Source: Octopus sinensis
Lineage: Eukaryota
Length of the DNA: 64,000 nt
Direction: 5' to 3'
Assembly (NCBI RefSeq): GCF_006345805.1
Contig: NC_043003.1
Location: forward strand, 93,620,001 to 93,684,000
Shown here: piece by piece, positions 1-14,550 of the stretch
How positions within the stretch are numbered: the first letter of the stretch is position 1
Layout: the number at the start of each line of letters is the position of its first letter
The notes under the pieces: model-generated
The model's input: only the letters and a program-made list of their open reading frames with translations
Told to the model about the DNA's origin: nothing
Database searches by the model: none
Made by a program: the position numbers and the translations under genes

Positions 1-23
1 CTATCTATCTATCTATCTATCTA

Positions 24-91
<68 letters not shown>

Positions 92-95
92 CATC

Positions 96-192
<97 letters not shown>
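1..192. repeat. (CTAT)n + (TA)n microsatellite
   Basis: Direct reading. Confidence 0.98.
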
Positions 193-449
193 CCCTTTCT
201 GTCTGTCTGTCTAGGCCTCACACTGCGGCCATATTAGGCCACTGCTCTGAAGAATTTTAGTCGAACGAATTGACCCCAGTACTTAATTCTTTTTAAAGTC
301 TGGTACATATTTTATCAATTTATAATATATACACACGTAAGTGTATGTACATGTACGCAGACACACGCGCGTGTATGTACGCGTGTCTAGTGCTAGATAG
401 ATAAATATGCGTCCCTCTCTCTCTCTCTCTCCTTCTGTCTCTACTTGTA

Positions 450-1780
450 CATACATATGAATTGAGAAGAGTCTTGATGTGTTTATGCAATACTGGATTG
501 AAGGTAAATACGATGCCTTCTTCATCAGTAAAATTGCTAAACAGAGTCATTTTGGCTGCGAAATGATGGATACCTAATTCTAAATAATAGTAGAACCTTT
601 CTTGGTAATAGACTAGAAGTTTCTGTTGTAATTTAAGAGATGAGAGAGATGCAGGCTGGATGGTGCACAAAATCATCTATGATATTTCTGGTGGTTTTCT
701 TGGTGGTGTTTTGATGGAGATAAAGTTCTCACAGATTAAATTCTTAGGCAATATTTGCAATGCACTTTTCCCGTACTGCTTTTGGACAACTGTAGGCAAA
801 CTCATGTGTAAACAGGGAAGTAACGAGCTTTGGTTTTGAGTAGAATGTGACAGGACATATGTAATGGGATCATAGATGAGTACGTACTCCTCCACATACC
901 TAAGATATCTAAACGAGTGATACCAAAGAACTAGGGAAGCTCCACTAAGTTAGATTACTTACGGTACGAAAGGGTTTGTAAAATAGGTGCTTTAGTAGAG
1001 TGGTGTAAAGTGTATACTTTTATTAGGTAGTAAATGGATGATCCAATGGGAACAGAAATGGTGAAAGCCTGGTAAAGTCTTGTTTGGTTGAAAAAAGAGA
1101 TGTAAGGTAGTTGAAGTGCCAGGGATACAGATAGGTGTGGATACTAAAATGAGAAATCCAAGAAGAGTTGTGATCTTTGAAGTCACATAGCATGAAGAAT
1201 TCAGAGATAGGGGAAGAGAGGGAGATGGAATATATGTTCTCAATACATAAAGTTATATCCTATGGTAATTGAAGGATCTCAAGTAGAAACGTCAGATAAA
1301 CGTAAAGTAAGGGAGTAGAGAGATTTGAACTAGGGATAAAATAGTTAAAATAATGGGAGGATAAATTCTCTCTCAATATAGTCAGCATCTAACGCAGCGA
1401 AGTTTGATTATAGAGATTATCCTGAAAGCCAAAGGAGGGTTAGCAATAGAGAGGGAGAGACTTGTGTTTCAAAGAACGTCTTGTGCAGGAGTGTTCGTCA
1501 GTGAATGAAAGTGTGGCTGGACTGCTTGCAACCAAACGAGCTCCTATAAAGGCTCCTAAGGATCAGATGATGCTGTTAAATAGATAGGTATGTTTGTCTT
1601 CCTACCAGAGATGAAAATGGGCCATGGTATTTTACACAGACTCTCCTGTCTTATACTATCCGTTTGCAATTCGAAGTATCGGATGCTCCAAGATGAATTG
1701 CTTCATAGTGGCTTGTAGAAACCAAACTATCTCAGAGATGGTACTATAGTAGATAATTCCAAGGTCTCTACGAGAGCAGG
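450..1780 (-). mobile_element. Heavily decayed Penelope-like element remnant
   Basis: Minus-strand fragments resemble PLE RT (QFILEHP.. near 1700) and GIY-YIG (KQYGKS.. near 780); degenerate CTGATGA-a-gaagg..ccttc motif near 500-528. Confidence 0.45.
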
Positions 1781-2301
1781 TACTCAAATATAAAAAAAGT
1801 GAGAAGGGGAGAAGGAGAGATTTTAAAATGAAGAAAGTGGGAAAGAATCGAATACAGAGAGTGTGGAACAGATAATTGTAATACATCGAATAAATGAATA
1901 ATAGCAATAAAGTGATATCAGTAAATTACAATAAGTAAATAAATTGAATGAGTAACAGATAAACAAATGAAGAAGGAAATTCCAATATAACGGCTTTTAG
2001 TCAAGTTTTAAGGGTTAGTCATTTATGGATTTAAAGCAACTGACTACACAATAGAGAGAAACACTAATAGCATCAATCTTACTGATCTAGGGGTGGCTGC
2101 GAAGGCCATAAGATCGGTTCCTTCTTCCAGACTCCACAAGTAACAAAATACAAAAACGAAAAACAGGATTTTGTTCTCGATCAAATAGTTTACAAATAAG
2201 TTATAACAAATAGCATGAATGATTGTAAATTTAATTCCATTTCTAATTTTGGTCTTTTCATAACGTTTCCTCTAATATTTTATTTTTGTTTATTTCTCAA
2301 G

Positions 2302-2476
2302 CATGTACGATAATATCTGCAACAGTCTGGAAAAATATCAAATATACGGTTGTCCGAAAGAATTAACAGATAAGAATTTACGATGTCATTGTCCATTTCT
2401 TAATGGAAACTTCCGAATAGACAAACTGCCACTGTCTATTCCAAAATTTGGAGGGTTCGCTGGTCCACTTATCAAT
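2302..2476 (+). CDS. Internal exon of GM2-activator-like / ML-domain lipid-binding protein
   Basis: Acceptor tttctcaag|; peptide MYDNICNSLEKYQIYGCPKELTDKNLRCHCPFLNGNFRIDKLPLSIPKFGGFAGPLIN has the YxxxC..CP..CxCPF..G pattern of GM2A-like proteins; donor |gtaagt at 2477 (phase 0). Upstream exons are outside the window. Confidence 0.82.
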
Positions 2477-3198
2477 GTAAGTACACTGGTTAAAGTCGAT
2501 GATATTTTTGTTCTGTTATATTCCATCAGAATTTATTTTAAAACAAAGACATTTATAGAAAAAAAATAATAATAATAAGCGTTGCTGTGCGGTAAGCAGC
2601 TTGCTTCCAAGCCACATGGTTCCGGGTTCAGTCTCACTGCGTGGCACTTTTGGCAAGTGTCTTCTACTATAGCCTCAAGCCCACTAATGCCTAGTGAATG
2701 GCTTTAGCGGACGGAAACTAAAAGAAGCCCGTCGTATGTGTGCGTGTGTGTGTTTGTTTCCCACCACTGCTTGATAACCGGTGTTGGTTTGACTACCTTC
2801 CCATAACATAGCGGTTCGGCAAAAGCGGTCGATAGAATTCGTACCAGAACTTTAAAAAATAAGTATTGGGGTCGATTCATTCGACTACAAAGTTCCACAA
2901 GGCGGCGCCCCAGCATGACTGCCGTCTGGTGATTGAGACATATGGAAGATGAAAGGAAAATAATACTCTCTACAATAAGCACAAGGCTTGAGATTTTGGA
3001 AAAGGTGGATGGACATGGGGGGGGGGAGTAGATTACATAGACATCAGTGCTCAGCTGGTACTTATTTCAACGATCTCGACAGGACGAAAAGCTAAGTCGC
3101 AGCGGAATTTGAACTCAGAACGTAAAGATGGACGAAATACCACTAAGCACTTTGTTCGGCGTACTAACAATTCTGCCAACTCGCCACCTAACATTTAT

Positions 3199-3304
<106 letters not shown>

Positions 3305-3520
3305 GCTCTACTCTAAATACAAGGCCTTGAATAATTTTGCGGGGAAGGGGGCTAGTCGATTACATCGACCCCAGTGCGTAACTAGTAATTATTCTATCGA
3401 CCCCGAAAGAATGAAAGGCAAAGTCGACCTCAGCAGAATTTGAACTCAGAACATAGCAGCAGACAAAATGCCAGCTCGCCACCTTAATAATAATAATAAT
3501 AATAATAATAATGATAATAA

Positions 3521-4514
3521 TCTTATAATAATTCTGCTTTTCATTGCGTTACTTAGCCCGTTGGTAACGCTTTCACGTGATTAGAGAAAAAGAGGGAGAA
3601 TGAAAAGGGAGAGAGAGGAGATGAGGGAGGGAGAAAAAAAGAGGGACTGAGATGTGTCCTCGACATGAGGTAGAGGGAATATAATTGTAACGCTTTCACC
3701 TGATTAGTTGAAGGGAAAGAGAGGAAAAGAAAGAAGGTGAGAGAAAAAGAGGATAAGGCGAAGAGTGAGACAGAAAGAGGGAGAAAGAAGCGTCCATGAC
3801 GTGATGTAAGGGGAACGTAATATTTATTACGTGGTTTAAAAAGTTAGTTGAAGGTAGAGGAGGTGAGTTAAAGATATAATTTTAGCAGAGAGGTGATGTT
3901 CTGATGGTGAGGTTAAAGAAAGGCAGATAGAGAGAGAAAGAAAGAGAAAGAGAGACAGACAGACAGACAGAGAATGGAGAGAGTGAGGAGGAGAGAGAGA
4001 TGATGATGGTGGTGGTGGAGGCGGTGGTGGTGGAGGAGGAGGAGATGGAGGTGGTGGTGATCGGATAGTGAAAAGTGTATTTTTTAAAAATTGAACTAAG
4101 TATTTTTTTATATCACCTATCACTTAACGCATGCGCATAAGTGAAATTCCGTGAAATATTCACTCTTATTTAAGCGGCAGTTATATGTAATATAACTAAA
4201 TGTTATATCATATGTACGGGATATTTTTTTTTGTTTATAGGGGAAATGAAAAAATAAGAGTGAATATTTATTTTATGAGTACTGTTTATTAAGTTTATAA
4301 AATTGTGCATAATGTATATAAAGTGTATATATAAACTGCATTAAGTAATCATCGTATTACAATTTCTTTCACTTTTCAATGAGTAGCCGATGAGCGACTA
4401 TCTTTCCATACAGACAAACCACAGGCTACGCTTTCAGGTATTTTGGATAAAGTTTTCAGAAATAACCCAATAAGTTCACCATTCATTCCGTGAAATTTTC
4501 ACGGGTCCCTCTAG
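3521..4514 (+). mobile_element. Non-autonomous Helitron-like element
   Basis: A|TCTTATAATAA 5' end; 3' hairpin ccgtgaaa/tttcacgg followed by gtccctCTAG|T; inserted between A and T within (AAT)n; internal (GA)n and (GGT)n low complexity. Confidence 0.7.
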
Positions 4515-4999
4515 TAATAATAATAATGACAGTTTCACTCATAAATCATAGAGAAATACTGCAGTAGAATCTCAGAATGTCAGCAACAGAAGGATTTCTA
4601 ATTTAGGCGCAACCCTAGAACTTAAAGGGGAGCAGAATAGGTCAGTTACGTCGATCCTCGTACTTGACTCGTACTTTATTTTATCTACTCCAAAAGAACG
4701 AAAGACAAAATTGTCCTCAACGGAATTTGAACTCAGAACATAAAGATATTTCTTTATTGCCCACAAGGGGCTAAACATAGAGGGGACAAACAAGGACAGA
4801 CAAAGGGATAAAGTCGATTACATCTACCCTAGTGAGTAACTGGTACTTAATTTATCGACCCCGAAAGGATGAAAGGCAAAGTCGACCTCGGCGGAATTTG
4901 AACTCACAACGTAGCGGCAGACGAAATACGGCTACGCATTTCGCCCGGCGTGCTAAAGCTTCTGCCAGCTAAGAGCCAACAACAGCTGTTCGACACAGC

Positions 5000-7700
5000 G
5001 CCACATGTCAGCAATATTCCGACATAAACGAATGTATAGAGTTTCATCGTTCTGTGCGCGTTTCAGACAAGCCTTGCCGAGTTTATCTCAAATTGGTAAT
5101 GCTTCTCAGGTTATGAATAGTAATTTCTCTATAGTTACCGGGTAATACTCGGATTAGTTATTCCTCACCAATAAACAAAACATTTTATTGAGCAGCATTC
5201 ATGTTTGCCATTAACCCTTTATGGAATTCAACGATGAACGTTCCACTGGCTGCATTTCCCAAATGGTAGAGCACTGAGCAGTTGGCAACATTCCAGTATT
5301 CGTCTACACTTCACTCAGGACTGACAAATGGTGACCATACCTGTTCATCACCATCTCTGAAGAAGCTGCAATATCAGTGCATTGCTGCGCACCATTATTC
5401 AACGCATCTCCAACCGTCCCTGAAAATGATGCTGGTAGAGATGGACTTCCTGACCAGTGAAATATGCTCTTTATATGATACAAAAGCCAAAAGAGTAGAT
5501 GTTTCTGTTAGATTAGTTGCAACTTGAGATAAGACATGGCAGTCAGGTGGTCATATATTACAAGTTTTGTAAGAAGGCTTTAGCTACCGCTTGGCCTTTC
5601 AGGGATATCTTCCTCTCAGCTCATTTCTGAATTAGGCTGGTCACACAGCCCATAACTGTATACCAGTTCTTATCCGCCTAAAGGTCTGAATCAAATTTTG
5701 TTCCAAACACAACCAGTTTCTGAGCTGAAAGCCTATCGATTTGTCCTGGTTAACGTTTGCTTCTGTTATCACCTATTTCTTATACTTGGTTCAATTTCTA
5801 ACAGGCATGACATCATAACGGTGACGTCTCCTGCGTATGCCAACATGGTTCTCATTTGTCCACTTTCGAGCGGAATGTCTCATAATATACCTAACTTCGG
5901 CAGCAGTAGCTCAAGAGCCAATTAATATAGACGTGATGAGGGAGGGAGCACTTGATTAACTATGCCATACGAGAGAGTTTTTATATGTGGTCATTTAGTT
6001 TTACCACCGAAATGTACGTAAAAGCCATTTGATCTCTGAAAACTATATTGAAACTGACTGCACTTAGGAGAGCGTCTAATAACGATGGTCGATTCCATGA
6101 AAAGTTACGATTGATCTAAAGACTTACTATCCACCCCCTTTACAAAGTGCTGTATTGTAGAGTGGGGTGTTGGATAGGTGTACAGAAGATTTCACACATC
6201 TGTGCGGCATTGATGACAAGAACCAACAACCTTTTTTGTGTGCTCCTTGACTAAAATCTTCAACACAGTTATGGTCCCGAAATTACCAATGATGTTTCTC
6301 ATGACGGTGCCCTTCCTCAGCATCGTCACCTCCATACAATTGTTGATGATCTCAATATGCTATCACTTACGATAGAAACCGCCAAGACCCTAAGGAATAT
6401 GTCTAGCATGTGAAGGCAGACAGTCCAAACTCGGAAATATTCCACTTACATAACCACGAGGTGCTGCTCGTATCTCTACTACAGTTACTGGTTTTGCGCG
6501 ACATTCTGCCTCTCTTGCTGAGAGTTGTGGAAGGCCATCAAAGCAGCCGTTATTAAAATGTATCTTTCGCATGTTACAGCTTCTTCCAAATAGTTGGGCA
6601 AACTGCTCAGAAAATAAGCGCTCACATCTTCCTGGAATAGGATAATAGACGCTTATTGTAATTTGTAAAAAGACAAATTGGTTTTATTTTTTACGTTGCA
6701 TCTCTGATACTCGTGCCTTTCGAACAGCTATCGCTCCCTTGTTTCTAAAGACATGTGTTAAACCTGGATTACACAATCTTTGTGTTTCGCACCAAAGAGA
6801 TGGTTGAGAGCAAACTTTGCTGCTACGATATTGGCTGCGATTCATTCCTAAAAGTCTCTTCTTATCCGCTGACTAGTCCTCCTAATTTACTGTTTTTATA
6901 CTGGTACTTTTTTGCTGGACCTTATAAACTGTACTCTAATTGTCCTCTTTAAAGAGTCTTACCTCTGATTTTTGACAATCGCAAATCCCATAAATGTAAT
7001 TGATTAGATTATCTAAATTGACTGCACAATTGAGAGACCAGTTCGAACAATGCAAAACAAAACAACAATTCTCTATTTTATGAACCAAGGGTAAATATGT
7101 GCTATCCGATAGCAGGCAGTGAGTGTTTTTCTGACATAATTTACCCGACTATTTATAGGAGAATAGGGTCACCTTCAATGTCTACTGTGACTGTCTACCG
7201 TGACTCTCACTAAGAGAGATTGCTAATTACCCGAAATGTAAACATGGCATGTCATTCATATCCTCTGACCTAACAAAAACCTTATAGCTGGATAACCCGA
7301 TGTAGTTTATCCAAGTCCATTGTGGCACATTCAAGAAATCCATGCGTTTCTTGTCAGACTTTGAGAATAACTCAATTAGCTTTGCGGGGCTTGTGCTCCT
7401 CTTTCTCTTGCTTATCGGCTTCACCTGCAAAATCCCAAACCTCGTCGAAGAGAACCATAAACACTAATGAGCGGGATGATCCTCAGAATGCTTTTAAACG
7501 CCTGAAGAATAATAAAAGCTGTGCAAACATGAATGAAAAATGAATATTTTGACAGAATTTTTCAAATGCTTAAATCTCATCTCGGTAGCAAGAACACCAT
7601 CTGTGCCATTAACGCATTTTTCAATGCCAGCCATAACATATGGCTCGATAGAATTAGAATGGAATGAAACAGACCTAGATTTCACGGACCGAAACGTAAA
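5000..7700 (-). mobile_element. Decayed L1/Tx1-like LINE ORF2 (EN+RT) remnant
   Basis: Ordered motifs on the minus strand: PQWTWIN (~7320, EN), PVTVVEIRAA..PSLDCLP (~6450), LDQS..IDHRY (~6100), LYxLALELLL (~5920), AYAGDVT (~5830; YADD-equivalent); many stops and frameshifts. Confidence 0.75.
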
Positions 7701-9744
7701 TTATCTCAAAATGAAAATAAATAAGCTAAAATAAACACCACATACCAAACAATTACTCTGACACGCATTGACTCTGCAACCCAAGAAGATAATGTATCGA
7801 GGTGTTATTGAGTGGCAGTGAGCAATAATTACACTGTGCAATAGATTTTTAAAATCTTTTAGTCTTTGGTCAGTAAGAGCTATTTCCTATTTGCTTCTAT
7901 CTAGAAATCAAACGAAACGACAGCTATTCCCTTCAAACTTTGCTTTTGTCACCTGGACATCAATCATTTGAAACTGACCTATTTTCCATTGCATTTCAGA
8001 CAGATTCAGCGCTGAGTTGCTGAAACAAAAATATCGTTATAGCAAATAGTCTACTCAATACTTGTCATTTGCTTGTCCTTAACCACTTGAGCATGTCCCT
8101 TAATAGATGACAATATGTGCATCTCTGATGATGAGCAGTAGTAGCGGGGAAACATCATAGCCGTGTGTTGAGAGAGATTCTTTCAGGATTCAATAAATGA
8201 AAAAAGAGCAAAGTTTTGAAAGAAATATTAGGCGTTTTTTTTTACTTTCTAGGAGCAAGCAAATTGGAAATAACAGTTGCTACCCAAGGACAAAATTGTG
8301 TACATAGTGTAATGTTGCCCAGTATTTTTCACAAGAAGGCTTGCTACATGTCCTTGTGGATTACGATCGTAGAAAAGATAGTAAATCAATCGTTACAACA
8401 GCAAAAGTTTCTTTCAAGCATTACTCCTGAAGGTAAAGACCAACATAATTAGGGTGTTATGCTGTGCAGCGTTAGGCAATCTGATTGTTTATTTAGGGTA
8501 ATAAAACTATCTTATGCGATTCAATTTTTCATTCAGTTTTTCCATTTTTCATAGAGCCTGGTTCTGGAGATTTTTTGATAGTTTTCGCTAACTGTGATGG
8601 GGTTTGGGACATTTCTGAATCTGACTATGTGGGATGGAAAGTTGTTGTTGGCTGGTTGTATTGATTTGAGATAAATATTTGCATTAGTGTTAGTTTCAGC
8701 TGGCTCTTTAGGTGTCTTCTGTAACTCAAATTCACGAATTCGATGTCGATAAGATTATGTTTGAATGAATTGATTAGGGCTCTGTTCTGATAGTTCGTCC
8801 AATGTCTGAGTGGGTAATAATTAATTACTAATTGTCCAATGTTTGTAACGGGTAATAATTAAGTACTAATTTTGCAGTGTTTGAAGTGGGTCGTAATGAA
8901 TTGCTCGGGTTAGAAAGAGGCACGTTCCAGAAATAGCAACACTAACGTTTCTAAATGTTGTTAGAATATTTTCACAACATATCTTTATGTAAGAAAAGAA
9001 ACAGTTGGTACAACTCTTTAAACCTGAATGATATTTTGGTGAGTAGCTTAATCGATTAGGTTGATCTTAGTATTTAACTTCTACTTGTTTTATTGAACCT
9101 AAACCTAACTCTTAATGCCTAATGGAGATTATGTTGCTATTGTGGTTCTTTGATTCTGTTGTATTTTTATAGCTTAGTCAGAGGAAGAAGGGCAGTATTC
9201 GTGTCCTTTCTGTAGTGTTTCCGGGACTTGTAACAAGGAACCGCGATTGAGTCATTTACAAAGAGAATCACTACACTAGCTAAACGATCGGATAGAATAT
9301 AATGCTGTCCAGCAAGGCATTCTGTTTACATCCTGAAATGATAATTATTTATTGGTCTTTGTCTGCAAGACTCTTACAGATTGGATGGAAGCATTATAGA
9401 TAAATATTACCCATATCCTCTTAAGCGGTAAGCGAGTAAAAGGTAGGAATATTTGTTTTTACAAGCAAGTATTCCCTCAAAACATTTCCGTCTACTTCAA
9501 TTGAAATATGCGTCCAACGTAGTTTTGAGGCTGCACATTACCATCTATTGTAAAGAGTGGAAATCAATCATTTGCTCTATACACCACTCTGCTTCTTTCA
9601 TACGTCGATTAAGGAGATCCACTTCACTGGCAATTAAAGTTTCTTTCCACGTGTTATGTGGATAATATTTCGCTAGAAGTACTGGAATGAAATCTTGTAC
9701 TAGTGTATCGAAACTTCGCTTTGCTGGTAAGAACTTGGTATCTG

Positions 9745-9972
9745 TGTGAGCTGGCAGAAACGTTAGCACGCAGGGCGAAATGTTTCGCGGTATTTCGTCT
9801 GCCGTTACGTTGTGAGTTCAAATTCCGCCGAGGTCGACTTTGCCTTTCATCCTTTCGGGGTCGATAAATTAGGCACCAGTTACACACTGGGGTCGATGTA
9901 ATCGACTTAATCCGTTTGTCTGTCCTTCTTTGTCCACTCTATGTTTAGCCCCTCGTGGGTAGTAAAGAAATA
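9745..9972 (+). mobile_element. tRNA-derived SINE family B
   Basis: gagctggcagaaacgttagc..gagttcaaattccgccgaggtcgactttgcctttcatcctttcggggtcgat. Other copies near 2975-3190-, 3305-3484-, 4590-4970-, 11985-12140-, 18365-18580-, 33835-34098-, 39497-39950-, 54105-54300-. Confidence 0.85.
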
Positions 9973-11244
9973 GGTATCTGTGTGATGTGATTCGTTACTG
10001 CAAGTTAGCATGCTGAAACAAATCAGTGTTGATGCTTCTGTTTTGTTTCATCTTATGATGGTAAAGCATTTGATTGCTTTGTAGTACGGTTTCAGCGCAA
10101 GGGCTTCTGTGAGGAGAAACATATGATGAGAGTAGATGGTGTACACCATATTTCTTCAACACTTCCCATGTTAGTGACAGCAAACATAGGACCTTCTTCC
10201 GATGCTAATTCATTAGGAATGTTCAAACTAACAAACACATGTCCGCAGTTACTAGTAAGTCTATTTGTACCATTAACTGCTCCCGTCACAATAAGCCAAT
10301 TTGAACAACGATTTACAATGATGAAATAGTTGACATCTTTAAGTGGATATTTTCAGTATGGATGTGCTTAAATAGATTAACTGGTAAAAGTAACGGTCTC
10401 AGGTCTGCATTTATTTGAGAGAGAGCCATATTACAATGGTTACAGCCACTAGGTGTAGCTTTTTATAACAGTGATTAATCCTGCCCAGAATGCTCTTGGC
10501 ATTTTGAGATACCTTAATACATAACGTAAAATGTCTATAATTGCTTATCTGAAAGAAAGGTGTATCACTAGCGTACGATAGAGTCGGCTATGTGACGGGC
10601 ATATCAGAACTGACGATATTCTTGCAAAAGGTTCTGGACGCCCCAGAATACTAATTTTGACGAAGTTTAGAAATATGGTCAAATTATGAACACTTGTTAA
10701 GGTGGGTCGTACTTTAGTCCAAGTCATAAATGTGCAAATGGAGGTAATGAAGAAGCAGGGACAATAGGACAATAGGACATACTTCAGTGTCTTTCAGGGT
10801 TGCTTTCAATATTATTCCCGTTAGTATTCATGAAAGTAGATGCAGTGTCTCAGTACTGGTTGGAAATCGTTAATAACGACTACGATTTTTGATAATGTTG
10901 GTTTAAACGCTTTTTCATGGGGTTTTGTGGCCCACTTCGATAATAAAGCTACATTACTGATTCTAATTTAGACAGGCGAAGGAGTGGCTGTGTGGTAAGT
11001 AGTTTGCTTACCAACCACATGGTTCCGGATTCAGTCCCACTGCGTGGTACTTTGGGCAAGTGTCTTCAACTATAGCCTCGGGCCGACCAAAGTCTTGAGA
11101 GTGGATTTCGTAGACGGAAACTGAAAGAAGCCCGTCGTATATATATTTGTATATATATATATTTGTATATATATATATATATACATACATACATATATAT
11201 ATATATATATTCCAAAAGATTTTTTTTCTCTCTCAGTTTATTTC

Positions 11245-11280
11245 CTTTCTGTAGAAGAGTGTAGGCTCGAAACGTAAAAG
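11245..11280 (+). ncRNA. Hammerhead-like motif, CUGUNGA core variant (other copies 11434-11469 + and 11841-11876 -)
   Basis: cttt CTGTAGA a gagt gtag gctc GAAAC GTA aaag; stem I cttt/aaag; stem II gagy/gctc. Confidence 0.55.
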
Positions 11281-12155
11281 ATTTTCTCACCTTCTCGACC
11301 ATTAAACTAATACACCTGTTTGTTGTTTATACACCTGTCTTCATCTTTTGTTTTTCTGTAAATTTCAGCCATGATTGACCGCTAGCTCCAAAAGATTTTT
11401 ATTTATTCTTTCTGTGTTTACTTCCTCGTGTTCCTTTCTGTTGAAGAGAGTAGGCGCGAAAGTTAAAAGATTTTCTCACCATCCCGGGCGTTAAACTAAT
11501 ACATCTGTTTGTTGTTTACACACCTGTCTTCGTCTTTTGTTTTTCTGTGAGTTTCAACTATGTGTGTGAGAGTGTGTGTGTGTGTGTTTGTGTTTCTGTG
11601 TTTGTCACCCCAGCATCTCTTGACAACCGAGGCTGGTGTGTTTGCGTCCCCATAACTTAGCGGTTCACCAAAAGGCACCAATAGAATAAGTACTAGGCTT
11701 ACAAAGAATAAGTCGACTTGCTCGACTAAAGGCACTGCTCACACACATATAATTGAAATTCACAGGAAAACAAATGACGGAGACAGGTGTGTAAACAACA
11801 AACAAATATATTAGTTTTACGCCCGGGGTGGTGAGAAAATCTTTTAGCTTTCGAGCCTACGCTCTTCAACAGAAAGGAACCCCAGGAAATAAACTGAGAG
11901 AGAATAAAAAATATTTTGGAGCTAGCGGCCAATCATGGCCTCAGTCAAACGACTGAAACAAGTAAAAGAATAAAAGAATGGGCCAAAAAATTTGAGGATT
12001 AGTGGATTCCATCGATCCCAGTACTTGATCCAGAGGGAAGAAAGGTAAAGTTGTCCTCGGCAGGATTTGAACTCAGAATGCAAAGAGATAGAAGAAATGC
12101 CACGAGGCTACTTTTTTTTGCGCTCTAGCGATTCTGCCTGCTTGAGAAGGTCATA

Positions 12156-12372
12156 CCGTATTTGACGGTGTATATAACGCACCCTCGCATGAGATGCACC
12201 CCTACTTTACGAGTGTATTTTGTGCAAAAAAAAACAACAAATTTAATGTTTCATCATACACACTTGCTATTGATATCCCATCCGTAATGCAGTCGCATTA
12301 AACATATGGCAACACTTTGTCACATTTAAGAACAAAAGTAAAGAACTGCGTCTTATACGCCGGCATATACGG
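12156..12372. mobile_element. Tc1/pogo(Tc2)-type MITE
   Basis: TA|CCGTATTTGACGGTGTATATAACGCA ... TGCGTCTTATACGCCGGCATATACGG|TA: imperfect ~26-bp TIRs with TA flanks. Confidence 0.7.
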
Positions 12373-12716
12373 TAATATAAATCATGTTTCATCTACAGCA
12401 TCTGTCAACAGCTATTACTTCTTCTTTAGGAGCATATCGTAACTCAGCTGTATGTATAAATCTTACGCGCTTCTTACAGTATCACTATGTTGCAAGGGTT
12501 TTGGCTAAGTCCTCAATTTTGGGGATACCCTCTACTGTTCCTTACTACCGGCTACGGGGGCTGGGAAAAAAACTCATGATTGCTGCTTTTCTTTCTATTA
12601 CTAAGCTATTAAAAAATCTAATAATGCCTGACTCACCATAAACATTTACTTTTTTTGTATTATTTCAATAAATTAAATATTGTTTTCTTATATTGTTCTT
12701 ATAATTGTTCTTACAG

Positions 12717-12830
12717 GGTCATTACAAGCTTCATGTTCGGGTATTGGGAGATGAAAAAGAGGAACTCGGCTGCCTGGAATTAAAGTTTTCGATCAGAAAA
12801 CGGAGTAAAGGATGGTTTTTTAAAACATGA
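12717..12830 (+). CDS. Terminal coding exon of the GM2-activator-like / ML-domain gene
   Basis: Acceptor ttgttcttacag|; GHYKLHVRVLGDEKEELGCLELKFSIRKRSKGWFFKT* matches the G(D/H)Y...LGC C-terminal strands of ML/GM2A domains; phase-compatible with 2476. Too short for the ORF track. Confidence 0.82.
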   Translation, partial: GHYKLHVRVLGDEKEELGCLELKFSIRKRSKGWFFKT

Positions 12831-13859
12831 ACTGCCTTTCGTACTGGCAGGAGTTATGGCTAAGGCTTTCGAGAATGGAATCGGAAAATTTGCAAACAAG
12901 AAAAACTTCATACATCTATATATAAATAATTATAGACAAACACGCAAACATACATCAATTCATAAGTACGTTTCATACATACATTCATGCATACATACGT
13001 ACTACGTACGTACCTACCTACCAACCTACCTACCTACCTACCTACCTACCTACCTACCTACCTACCTACCTACCTACATACATACATACATACATACATA
13101 CATACACATTGCAAACAACCAGGTAACCGCGAAATCTCCGATGTGTACTGAAACGGAACCTAATATTTTTACTTATTTAACCTCTGATTTGGCTTATTCA
13201 TGAAGAAAATGAACTGAGAACTTGGATTAATGGATTATAAAGATCAACAATAACAGTTATACAAACTATTGTAAAAAGCATGATGACAACGATGATGGTG
13301 ATAATGACGATGAAAACGACGTCGATGACGACGATGATGATAGTTGTCGTCGTCATCATAATCAGGGTCACGATCACAACAATGGTCATAGCAATCATAT
13401 TAATGTTATAACAATTACTAATGGTTTTTGCATATAATAATTTTCAATGTACCACTACTATAAACACGACTAACAAGGCTAATGAAGAAGCCACTACTTT
13501 GTTTGACCTAAAGGAAATAACAGTCAACTCACCCTCAAAGAACATCCTAAAGAACATACAATAAACATTGTGCACCTTGATATGCAAAAATACACACATA
13601 TAGATACAAAAACGATGAAAATGAGGATGAAGGAAAGAAAGACAATGTGTATATCAAAGCATGCTTATATAGATATAGATATATAAATATATGTATATTT
13701 ACACAATTATAACAAAAACTTATATAGATGTAAAATTATATATATTTTTTCAGAATATTCCTGTGCTATTATTTTGTATATACAAATTGATAATACCTTT
13801 AGATGTTGATGTAGATATGAGTGTATGTGTGTGAGCGTGCATATTTATACGTGTCTATG

Positions 13860-14370
<511 letters not shown>

Positions 14371-14550
14371 ACATCAAGTAAGTTGGAGGTTATGGGTGTA
14401 ACCCACTAAGGGATAATATTTATCCAATATACTGTTGGTATAATACCCAAATTCTTAATACACAAATGTTTTTAATTGCAATGCAATTAACTTATTTATT
14501 GTATTAAATGGGTGAAGGTAAAGTAATATTTTACCATTAATTTATAATAC

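Noticed and set aside
2075-2115. atctta..CTGAT..GAA..taagat stem resembling a ribozyme
   Set aside because: Core reads CTGATCT and GAAGG; conserved hammerhead nucleotides are missing.
8124-8162. CTGATGA...GAAAC pair resembling a hammerhead
   Set aside because: No convincing stem I, II or III pairing.
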